From: Clostridia bacterium
Lineage (GTDB): Bacteria > Bacillota > Clostridia > Oscillospirales > CAG-272
Direction: 5' to 3'
Length of the DNA stretch: 64,000 bases
NCBI GenBank assembly: GCA_017411745.1
Contig: JAFQPM010000005.1
Location: forward strand, 5,145-69,144
The notes below the pieces were generated by a model. It saw only the letters and a list, made by a program, of their open reading frames with translations, did no database searches and was not told the DNA's origin. Both the position numbers and the translations under genes were made by a program. How positions within the stretch are numbered: the first letter of the stretch is position 1; each line of letters opens with the position of its first letter. This document shows, in pieces, positions 9,024-17,387 of this stretch.

Positions 9024-9678
9024 ACGTCGAACAAGTGAATATAATTGTCGAGAAATCCCTTTTGGTACAAAGGGTTACGGGGATATTGCCAAATGAGAAG
9101 CGGTGCAGATAAACATTTTGAGTTTCTTGCATATTTTTACCATTTGAGCCTGTTTTTTTTTCGTTTTCGAGAAATTCAGCAAGGTTTGTGCCGAAAAATT
9201 TAGATTTTGCCTCTTTTTCGCTCCAAAGGCGAGCAAACTCCGAAGGCTCGTCTTCAATAGCCTTTTTATCGGCATCATGAAAAAATCTTTCGGATATTTT
9301 TTTGGCGCGGTCATCGGGTAGCAGGGCTGATTCGATATCAACTCCTACCTCATCCGCGTCCGATAGCGCACAAGCGACGTAGCCGCGTGAATGGGAAAGA
9401 TTGAATTTCAGTGTTGAGTTCAAAAAATACGGCTTGCCGTATTCTCCGCGTGCGAGTATCAGGGCAGAGGTGTCGGTTTTTTGAGGCAGTTGGGGGATCA
9501 TATCGCAGAGCAGGTTCAAGGCGAACAAGCTTTCACAAGCCGATAGTTCGTTGTTCTTTTGCTCCAACGCTCCTATATATTCGTCGTTCGCTTTGTTCAG
9601 CAGCTTTGCTCGTACGAGCTCTGCGATATCTTTTTTCCTTATCCCATCGGGCAGTTTGGCGCACGAAAGCAATATCAT
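9022..9678 (-). CDS. Sfp-type 4'-phosphopantetheinyl transferase
   Basis: Motifs FNLSHSRGYVACA, VGVDIE and WSEKEAKSKF (W-x-x-KE-A-x-x-K). The start ATG overlaps the hprK stop (ATGA). Confidence 0.85.
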   Translation of the reverse strand: MILLSCAKLPDGIRKKDIAELVRAKLLNKANDEYIGALEQKNNELSACESLFALNLLCDMIPQLPQKTDTSALILARGEYGKPYFLNSTLKFNLSHSRGYVACALSDADEVGVDIESALLPDDRAKKISERFFHDADKKAIEDEPSEFARLWSEKEAKSKFFGTNLAEFLENEKKTGSNGKNMQETQNVYLHRFSFGNIPVTLCTKRDFSTIIFTCST

Positions 9679-10610
9679 CCAAAGACTCCCATCTGCTCCA
9701 TCAGTCTCTTGTTAAACTCCTCGGCGGTGTTGTATCCCATACGCTTCTGGCGGTTATTCATCGCCGCGATCTCAAGAATGATCGCGAGGTTTCGGCCGGG
9801 CTGGACCGGGATAGTCAGAGAAGAGATCTGATTTCCGAGGATCTCCACCTTTTCGTCGTCAAGTCCGAGTCTGTCGTACATTTTGCCCTGAACCCAAGGC
9901 TCGAGGTTTATAACGAGGTCGATCTTTTCGGTCTCCTTGACCGCGCCCATACCGAAAAGACGGCAGACGTCAACGATACCGATACCGCGAAGCTCGATAT
10001 AGTGGCGTATGATCTCGGGGGCAGAGCCGACGAGTGTCTTGTGCGATACCTTCTTGATCTCTACCGCGTCGTCTGCGATAAGTCTGTGACCGCGCTTGAC
10101 AAGCTCGATAGCGGTCTCGCTCTTTCCGACTCCGCTATCGCCAAGTATCAGCATACCTTCGCCGTAGACTTCGACCAAAACTCCGTGGCGTGTTACTCGG
10201 GGAGCGAGGTGGGTGTTCAGCGAGCTGATGAGAGCTGCCATGAACGGACTGGTGGTCTCCTTGGTTCGAAGGACGGGAATGCCGTACTCCTTGGCATACT
10301 CCTTGAGCTCGTCGAAAACGTCAAGCTCTGAGGTGAATACGATGGCGCGAGGCTTGGCGCTTACGTAGTCTTTTATTTTTTTGTTTCTGTCCTCGTCGTC
10401 GAGATTGCTCAGATAAAGGTGCTCTGCGCGTCCGATGATGCTCAGACGGGCTTGGTCAAAAATTTCGTAAAATCCCGAAAGTGCAAGACCCGGGCGGTTG
10501 ACCTCGGGGGTGTCTATCAATATTTCGTCATAATTTTCGGGAGTAACGATCTTTTCAAGACCGAATTCCTCGGCGATCTTATAAAGGGGGATAGTGTATT
10601 CAGCGCTCAT
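9675..10610 (-). CDS. hprK: HPr kinase/phosphorylase
   Basis: GVLVEVYGEGMLILGDSGVGKSETAIELVKRGHRLIADD (P-loop plus signature). I prefer the start at MSAEYTIPLY (10610) with GGAGA 6 nt upstream; the track ORF extends to 10733. Confidence 0.93.
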   Translation of the reverse strand: MSAEYTIPLYKIAEEFGLEKIVTPENYDEILIDTPEVNRPGLALSGFYEIFDQARLSIIGRAEHLYLSNLDDEDRNKKIKDYVSAKPRAIVFTSELDVFDELKEYAKEYGIPVLRTKETTSPFMAALISSLNTHLAPRVTRHGVLVEVYGEGMLILGDSGVGKSETAIELVKRGHRLIADDAVEIKKVSHKTLVGSAPEIIRHYIELRGIGIVDVCRLFGMGAVKETEKIDLVINLEPWVQGKMYDRLGLDDEKVEILGNQISSLTIPVQPGRNLAIILEIAAMNNRQKRMGYNTAEEFNKRLMEQMGVFG

Positions 10611-10831
10611 TGTTATCTCCGTTCTGCGCGTGGCGCGAAGTGTTTTTGATGGATTACAAGATAAGTATAACATAAAATTTCGATTTTGCATAGTCTTTTT
10701 TGAAATATCATTAAAAAAAGGCTCACAATTCATAAAACATTCACAATGATATTGTATAATAAAACATTATAATGGGTTATTGTACCGTTCTTTGACCTGA
10801 TTTGATGATTTTATGAAATTCGGAGAAGATT

Positions 10832-12001
10832 ATGGCTAAAAACAGCAATAGTGTGAAAAAAATTTCGACAGCAGAAAATAAAAAAACAACATGGACTAAA
10901 CAGAAGAAGATCGCGGCGTCTGTCATCATCGCGGGAATAGCTTGCACTGTTTTGTTTGCCGTGATTATGGCGGTGTCATATTTCAATTCGGTTCGCCCTA
11001 TCAAGAGCACAGAGGATGAGGCGCGAGTGGTTGGAGAGTGCGGCGGATTTGAGGTCAGATACGAGGAGCTGCGCTACGTTACGCTTCTTTATAAGCAGGC
11101 ACTTGACGTAAGGATTGGCAAATACGATACGCTTGACGACACAGGGAAGGCTGAATATGAATCCCAGCTTGAATCTCTCGTGCTTGACGATCTCAAGAGC
11201 AACTATATAATTCTCGCTTTGTGCGATGAATACGATATCAAGACCGATTCGCGCAAGGTGAAAAATTACGTAAACGATGAGATGGAAAAGTTTGTTGAAG
11301 CTACGTTTGATGGTGATATGGACGAATACAAGGATTGGCTTGCGAAAAACAATCTGACCGACAGCTTCGTCAGACTTATGTATAAGGTCGACTATCTCGA
11401 ATCGCAGCTCCTTGAACATTTTATAAAGAACAAGATCGGCATAGAGTACGACGAATACTCGTTGGAGGCGTTCGCAGAGCACATTATGGAGAGCGAGGAT
11501 TGGGCAAAGGCAACCTATGCTTACTATCCCAAGAGCTCCGTTACGACCACTTATAAAGGACAGGTCTACACGATATGGGATGCGAAAAACAGTCTGCCCA
11601 CGGCTGAGGCGGCTGCCAAGGCGCTTGCCGCAATAAGCGATGACGGCGAGAGATTTACTTATATGACCAAGAGCGTCATCGGAAAAGCGCCTATGGTTCA
11701 AGGTTATTCGATCACGGGAACGGGAGTTTATTTTACGGTTGGACAGATGGGCGAGGAGTTTGAATCTGCCGCGCTTGAGCTTGATCTTTACGGTACGAGC
11801 GACGTGATCGAGTTTGAAGACGGATATTACGTTATTATGAGACTTCCTCTCGAGGAGGACGAGGTCAAGAAGCAAGCCGCGGAGCTGTTGTCGCATTATC
11901 GATACAGTGCGCTAAAAAAATGCGAGGACGCCAAGGAGGCCGAGATAAGATTCGTTGGAAATGAATATTTTGACGGTCTGTCGCTTATTGATATTGAATA
12001 A
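10832..12001 (+). CDS. N-terminally membrane-anchored exported protein, possibly a SurA/PrsA-N-like chaperone domain
   Basis: Single TM (AASVIIAGIACTVLFAVIMAV), then a helical Glu/Lys/Tyr-rich ectodomain. No PPIase motif recognised, so function is uncertain. Confidence 0.55.
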   Translation: MAKNSNSVKKISTAENKKTTWTKQKKIAASVIIAGIACTVLFAVIMAVSYFNSVRPIKSTEDEARVVGECGGFEVRYEELRYVTLLYKQALDVRIGKYDTLDDTGKAEYESQLESLVLDDLKSNYIILALCDEYDIKTDSRKVKNYVNDEMEKFVEATFDGDMDEYKDWLAKNNLTDSFVRLMYKVDYLESQLLEHFIKNKIGIEYDEYSLEAFAEHIMESEDWAKATYAYYPKSSVTTTYKGQVYTIWDAKNSLPTAEAAAKALAAISDDGERFTYMTKSVIGKAPMVQGYSITGTGVYFTVGQMGEEFESAALELDLYGTSDVIEFEDGYYVIMRLPLEEDEVKKQAAELLSHYRYSALKKCEDAKEAEIRFVGNEYFDGLSLIDIE

Positions 12002-12034
12002 TCCATAAAATTTTACGCAAAGGAGGGCAGACGC

Positions 12035-12973
12035 ATGGCTCGCGTAAGGAGAAGAAGCAGATATTCCCGCAGAACAGTTTTGAACCGAGACCGTTCACGC
12101 GCGTGGATCTACGTTATTGCGGTCGCAGCATTCGTCGTGCTTTGCCTGATCGTATCCGTTGGCGTAGGGCTTTTGCTCGCCAAGCAGGCGGAGAAGCATG
12201 AGAACGCTCCCAAATATGACTTTGATCCAAAGCCGTATTATTCGGGGGATAAGATGGTGAAACCCGTCAACGCGCGTCCTTACTTGTTTGGAGATTACGC
12301 AGGGTTGCTGACGGGAATTGGCATTACTGATTTTTCGGTCTGCTTACGTGCTCCCGACGGCTCGCTTACATACGATACCGAATACGACGTTAACTTTGGT
12401 GAAGGGGCCGAAGAAGGGGTTAGCGCGCTTTCAAAATACACGACGTATATTCACGAAAACGGTGGGCGTGTTTGCGCATATTTTTACGTGACTTCATTTG
12501 ACGTTGAGGACGAAAATTTGCGTGAAATATACAAGGCGTATGAGCTGGCGCTTATCAGCGAGGCGGCTCGTAACGGCGCTGACGAGATCATGCTTGTCGG
12601 TCTTGACGTGACAGAGGACAATATTGACGAGATCGAAAAATTCGTCAGTATGGCTTCGTATTCTGCGGAAGCTGCCGTGATCGGTGCGCTTATTTCTCCC
12701 GATACGTTTAAGCTTACGGAAGATGGGATCTATCACGCGGCAAGGTTACGATCGGTATGCGATTTCGTTGCGCTTGATCTGAGAGAGCTTCCCGTTGATG
12801 CCGACAAGGTCGAGATCGAAGGTGAGATAAGTCTGCTTGACTCAACGTTGAGTGAGATGGAATATTATATCTCGTCTTATTCGATGAGGATAGTTTTCTC
12901 CGAGAAAAATTCATCGCTTTGCGACGCGGCGGTCACACTCGGAGTCGAAAACATACAGATAATTGGCGAATGA
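12035..12973 (+). CDS. Hypothetical N-terminally anchored protein (Arg-rich cytoplasmic tail, 1 TM, alpha/beta ectodomain)
   Basis: MARVRRRSRYSRR..., TM WIYVIAVAAFVVLCLIVSVGVGLLL. AAGGAGG RBS present. No motif recognised. Confidence 0.55.
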   Translation: MARVRRRSRYSRRTVLNRDRSRAWIYVIAVAAFVVLCLIVSVGVGLLLAKQAEKHENAPKYDFDPKPYYSGDKMVKPVNARPYLFGDYAGLLTGIGITDFSVCLRAPDGSLTYDTEYDVNFGEGAEEGVSALSKYTTYIHENGGRVCAYFYVTSFDVEDENLREIYKAYELALISEAARNGADEIMLVGLDVTEDNIDEIEKFVSMASYSAEAAVIGALISPDTFKLTEDGIYHAARLRSVCDFVALDLRELPVDADKVEIEGEISLLDSTLSEMEYYISSYSMRIVFSEKNSSLCDAAVTLGVENIQIIGE

Positions 12974-13107
12974 GATTCGCTGTTGACGAAAATTTAAAAT
13001 TTTTTATTAAAAATCACGTAAAAAAAGATATTTTGTTTTTTTGAGCGTATATTAATATTGCGTGGGTGATTTTTCGCGGCACGACTATTTTGAAGGGAGA
13101 GTACAAC

Positions 13108-14133
13108 GTGAAACATAAATTTGATAAAGATATGTGTGAGATATTTACAGAGCGTGAAAAAACGACGTTTTCGCGTTATGCTTTCCTGACCGCTAACACC
13201 AAGGGCAGAGAGCGTCCTTACGTTCCTTGTACCATACGCACGGAGTTTCAGAGGGACAGAGATAAGATCATTCACTCGCAGTCCTTCCGCAGACTTATGA
13301 ATAAAACTCAGGTGTTTCTTGCTCCTGCGGGCGACCATTATCGAACAAGACTTACCCACACGCTTGAGGTCACTCAAATAGCAAGAATTATCGCGCGCGC
13401 GCTTCGTCTTAACGAGGACCTTACCGAAGCGGCGGCGCTTGGTCACGATCTTGGGCACACTCCCTTCGGACATGCGGGAGAGTCGGCGCTACAAGAGTGC
13501 TTTGATCCGAATTTTACACATTATAGGCAAAGCTTGCGCGTAGTAGACGTACTCGAAAACAATGGCGAGGGGCTTAATCTTACATGGGAGGTCCGCAACG
13601 GTATCGTTAATCACACAGGCAAGCATATGGCTGCCACGCTTGAGGGCGTTATAGTTAAATATGCCGATAGAATAGCCTACATAAATCACGATATAGACGA
13701 CGCTTGCCGTGCGGGAGTACTCAAAAAAGAGGATATTCCGAAGCAGATAACCGACGTGCTCGGTCAGGATCATAGCGAGCGAATAAACAATATGGTCATG
13801 TCGATCATCGAGACCAGCTACGACAAGCCGTACATTATGATGAGTCAGGACGTTGGACAGGCTACCAACGATCTGCGTGACTTCCTTTTTGAAAACGTAT
13901 ATCTCAATCCCATCGCAAAGGGAGAAGAGGCAAAGGCGCGCGAGCTGCTCATAAAGCTGTTTGAATATTACGTTAAAAATCCCGACAAACTGCCGGGGCT
14001 ATACCATAAAAATTTGGAAAACGAGTCTGTTGAGAGGTGCGTTTGCGATTTTGTGTCGGGTATGACCGACAGATACGCGATCGAGACCTATAACGACATC
14101 TTCGTTCCCAAGGTCTGGAGGGGTCACGCATGA
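13108..14133 (+). CDS. dgt: dGTP triphosphohydrolase-like HD-domain protein
   Basis: FQRDRDKIIHSQSFRRL, HYRTRLTHTLEV and LGHDLGHTPFGHAGE. GTG 13108 is preceded by AGGGAGAG; ATG 13132 is an alternative, and the track ORF starts at 13066. Confidence 0.86.
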   Translation: MKHKFDKDMCEIFTEREKTTFSRYAFLTANTKGRERPYVPCTIRTEFQRDRDKIIHSQSFRRLMNKTQVFLAPAGDHYRTRLTHTLEVTQIARIIARALRLNEDLTEAAALGHDLGHTPFGHAGESALQECFDPNFTHYRQSLRVVDVLENNGEGLNLTWEVRNGIVNHTGKHMAATLEGVIVKYADRIAYINHDIDDACRAGVLKKEDIPKQITDVLGQDHSERINNMVMSIIETSYDKPYIMMSQDVGQATNDLRDFLFENVYLNPIAKGEEAKARELLIKLFEYYVKNPDKLPGLYHKNLENESVERCVCDFVSGMTDRYAIETYNDIFVPKVWRGHA

Positions 14134-15893
14134 GATTCCCCAGAGAGCTTGTTGAGGAGATCCGTTCGCGAAACGATATAGTCGAGCTTATCGGGTCTTA
14201 CGTAAATCTGAAACGCGCGGGGGCGAACTACAACGGACTTTGTCCGTATCACAGTGAAAAATCGCCTTCGTTTACGGTTTTTCCAGCTACACAGTCGTTT
14301 TATTGTTTCGGCTGCGGCGCAGGCGGTGATGCGGTGACGTTTATCATGCGTTCGGAAAATCTTGATTATCCCGAAGCGGTCGAATTGCTCGCCAAAAGGG
14401 CGGGAATAACAATAACGGCAGACGAAGAAAAGCAGGGCGGTATCAGCAAAAGAAGGATATACGAGATGAATCTCGCGGCGGCAAAATATTTCCGCGCTTG
14501 TCTTTTCGATCCAAAGCTTGGTCGGGTCGGAATGGAATATCTTTCTGAAAAAAGAAGACTGTCGCCTGCCGTCATCAAGCATTTCGGCCTTGGCTTTGCG
14601 CCCGAGAGCTTCGGCGCGCTTACCGATCACATGCACAAGCAGGGGTTTTCTGACGAGGAGCTGATAGTCGGCTTCCTTTGCGGAAAAAGTCAGAAAACGG
14701 GAAGAGCGTACGATTATTTCAGAAATCGAGTTATTTTTCCTATCATCAATACGTCGGGCGATATTATCGCGTTCGGCGGTCGAGTTATGGACGATTCAAA
14801 GCCGAAGTATCTGAACTCGTCGGATACGCCGGGATTTAAAAAGAGCCGCAATCTGTTTGCGCTCAATTATGCGAAAAATCATTGCTCGGAGAGGCTTATT
14901 CTCTGTGAGGGCTATATGGACGTTATAGCGCTTCACGCGGCAGGATTTGAAAATGCCGTCGCAACGCTTGGAACTGCGCTTACGCAGGATCAGGCGAGAA
15001 TGATGGCTAAATATACCAAGGAGGTCGTTATTTCCTACGACTCCGACGAAGCGGGGCAGGCGGCTACGAGAAAAGCGGTCAGGATGCTCTCGGAGGTCGG
15101 TCTTGACGTAAAGATACTTCGAATGGAAGGCGCGAAGGATCCCGACGAATATATTAAAAAATTCGGTGCGGACAGCTTCCGCAGGCTGCTTGATGCAAGC
15201 CGCACGGGCTTTGAATTCAAGCTTGAATCGACGCTGCAGAAATACAATCTGTCGACCGCACAGGACAAGATCAAGGCATCGGCTGAAATGTGTGAGTATA
15301 TTTCGGAGGAATGGTCGAGCGCGGCGAGGGACGTTTATATCGGCGCAACGGCGGCGAGACTTTCGATCTCTCCCGAGGGGCTGAAAAATGACGTGGAGCT
15401 ACTCAGGAAGAAGAAGATCAAAAGCTTCAACGAAAAGACGTCGCAGCAGGCAAGGCTTGGCGCGATGGGCGTTGGCGACAAGATAAATGCCGACGGGATC
15501 AAAAATATAAAGGCAAAGGCGGCGGAGGAGGCAGTCATCGGGCTTATGCTTACGTACGACGAGTATCGCGACGCGATAATTCGGGGCAAGGCAGAGCTTT
15601 CGGCAGACGATTTTACGTCCGAATTCCACGCAAGAGTTTTTGATAAAATAATTGAGCTTCAAAAGGAAAATCAGTTTGATTTTTCTTTGCTCGGCGAGTT
15701 TTTCACGCCCGATGAAATGGGCAGGCTTCAGGGTCTGGAGCAAAAGAGAAGAGTGCTGACCGAAAACGGTATGCAGGTATTTCTCCAATGTGTAGCGACC
15801 GTGAAGGAGGAAAAGAGATCTTCCTCATCCGAAGCTGGTGGTATCGACGAGATAAAACGGTTGCTTGAACAAAAAAGAAACGCGAATAAATAG
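14130..15893 (+). CDS. dnaG: DNA primase
   Basis: Zinc ribbon CPYHSEKSPSFTVF...CFGCGAGGD; Toprim EGYMDVIA / SYDSDEAGQAAT. The ATG overlaps the dgt stop (ATGA). Confidence 0.95.
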   Translation: MRFPRELVEEIRSRNDIVELIGSYVNLKRAGANYNGLCPYHSEKSPSFTVFPATQSFYCFGCGAGGDAVTFIMRSENLDYPEAVELLAKRAGITITADEEKQGGISKRRIYEMNLAAAKYFRACLFDPKLGRVGMEYLSEKRRLSPAVIKHFGLGFAPESFGALTDHMHKQGFSDEELIVGFLCGKSQKTGRAYDYFRNRVIFPIINTSGDIIAFGGRVMDDSKPKYLNSSDTPGFKKSRNLFALNYAKNHCSERLILCEGYMDVIALHAAGFENAVATLGTALTQDQARMMAKYTKEVVISYDSDEAGQAATRKAVRMLSEVGLDVKILRMEGAKDPDEYIKKFGADSFRRLLDASRTGFEFKLESTLQKYNLSTAQDKIKASAEMCEYISEEWSSAARDVYIGATAARLSISPEGLKNDVELLRKKKIKSFNEKTSQQARLGAMGVGDKINADGIKNIKAKAAEEAVIGLMLTYDEYRDAIIRGKAELSADDFTSEFHARVFDKIIELQKENQFDFSLLGEFFTPDEMGRLQGLEQKRRVLTENGMQVFLQCVATVKEEKRSSSSEAGGIDEIKRLLEQKRNANK

Positions 15894-15918
15894 TATATAA
15901 GCGAAAGGAAGTATAAAA

Positions 15919-17052
15919 ATGAGTGATATGTTTTTGGAGGATGTTGAGGTAGACGCAGTCCCCGAGGAGACCGAGTCTAAAAAGGTAGAACACCTCATTG
16001 AAAAAAGCAAAAAAGCAGGACTTTCAGAGGAAGATTTCGATCAGGCTCTCGAGGAGATGAATTACGACGTCGACGAGCTTGACAAGCTCTACGAGGCGCT
16101 TGAGGATAACGGTGTGTCTTTGCCGGGATCGCTCTCCAACGCCGAGCTTGAGGAGATCCAAAAGGAAGTATCCAAGTTCGAAAACGGCGCGAGCATGGAA
16201 AAGATACTCGAGCAGGAGGGACTTTCGATCGACGACCCCGTTCGCCAGTATCTTAAGGAGATCGGTCGTATTCCGTTGCTTGATTCCGACGGAGAAAAGG
16301 AGCTTGCAGAGAGAATGCTCAACGGAGACGAAAATGCAAAGACCAAGCTCGTTGAGTCTAACCTTCGTCTTGTTGTAAGTATAGCTAAAAAGTACCTTGG
16401 AAGAGGAATGTACTTCCTTGATCTTATTCAGGAGGGAAATCTCGGTCTTATGAAGGCGGTCGACAAGTTCGACTACACCAAGGGATACAAATTCTCGACC
16501 TACGCGACCTGGTGGATCAGACAGGCTATCACCAGAGCGATCGCTGACCAGGCAAGAACCATTCGTATTCCCGTGCACATGGTCGAGACTATTCACAAGG
16601 TAACAAAATATTCCCGTCAGATGCTTCAGGAGCTTGGTCGTGAGCCCACTGCCGAGGAGATCGGTGACAAGATCGGCATGAGCGCTGACAAGGTCAGAGA
16701 GATACTTAAGATCGCGCAGGATCCCGTGTCGCTCGAAACTCCTATCGGTGAAGAGGAGGACAGCCATCTTGGCGACTTTATCCCCGACGATGATACGCCT
16801 GCGCCTGCAGATGCCGCCGCTTCAACTATTCTTCGCGAGGTCATCGAAAGAGAGCTCCATACGTTGACGCCCAGAGAGGAGCACGTCATCAAGCTTCGCT
16901 TCGGTCTTTACGACGGAAGAACTAGAACTCTTGAGGAGGTTGGTAAGGAATTTGACATTACCAGAGAGCGTATCCGCCAGATCGAGGCAAAGGCGCTCCG
17001 CAAGCTGCGCCATCCCAGCCGCGCAAGACATCTCAGAGGCTTTCTTGATTGA
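15919..17052 (+). CDS. rpoD: Primary RNA polymerase sigma factor
   Basis: Region 2 [27 protein letters not shown]; region 4 [30 protein letters not shown]. Confidence 0.96.
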   Translation: MSDMFLEDVEVDAVPEETESKKVEHLIEKSKKAGLSEEDFDQALEEMNYDVDELDKLYEALEDNGVSLPGSLSNAELEEIQKEVSKFENGASMEKILEQEGLSIDDPVRQYLKEIGRIPLLDSDGEKELAERMLNGDENAKTKLVESNLRLVVSIAKKYLGRGMYFLDLIQEGNLGLMKAVDKFDYTKGYKFSTYATWWIRQAITRAIADQARTIRIPVHMVETIHKVTKYSRQMLQELGREPTAEEIGDKIGMSADKVREILKIAQDPVSLETPIGEEEDSHLGDFIPDDDTPAPADAAASTILREVIERELHTLTPREEHVIKLRFGLYDGRTRTLEEVGKEFDITRERIRQIEAKALRKLRHPSRARHLRGFLD

Positions 17053-17244
17053 TAAATTGTAAATATTTATTCTTTTTGAGTTACAAAATCGACCCTACAA
17101 AATGTGCACTATTCACAATCGCTTGTGCTTGGTGCACAAAAAGGCGCCAAGCTTATTGTGTACGTTGCATATTGTCATTTGTCGTTTTATAGCGGCGAGA
17201 TAACGTTTGCAGGTTTGCCCTTATATTTGTTAATAATTATTTAC

Positions 17245-17273
17245 TTGACAAAATGGCACGTTTAGTGTAAAAT
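17245..17273 (+). promoter_or_regulatory. sigma-A promoter (TTGACA-17-TAAAAT)
   Basis: TTGACA at 17245-17250, TAAAAT at 17268-17273, about 115 nt upstream of the lipoprotein gene. Confidence 0.6.
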
Positions 17274-17387
17274 ATAGTTTAGCGTTGATTCTGATATTCG
17301 CAAGAAAGTCAGAATTCGAACGGAGGCGCTTTTTGGTGTCGCCGTTCACAAAAACCTTGCCCCGCGTGGCAGAAATGGAGATTTAAC

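Noticed and set aside
9411-10331. Other long antisense ORFs (9411-10331, 10976-11896, 16024-16767, 17859-18995, 39747-40484, 1120-1779, 58744-59268, 62032-62832 and others)
   Set aside because: Each lies opposite a gene with strong motif support (hprK, rpoD, potA, U32, aroB, rSAM and others). They reflect codon bias across the window, not overlapping genes.
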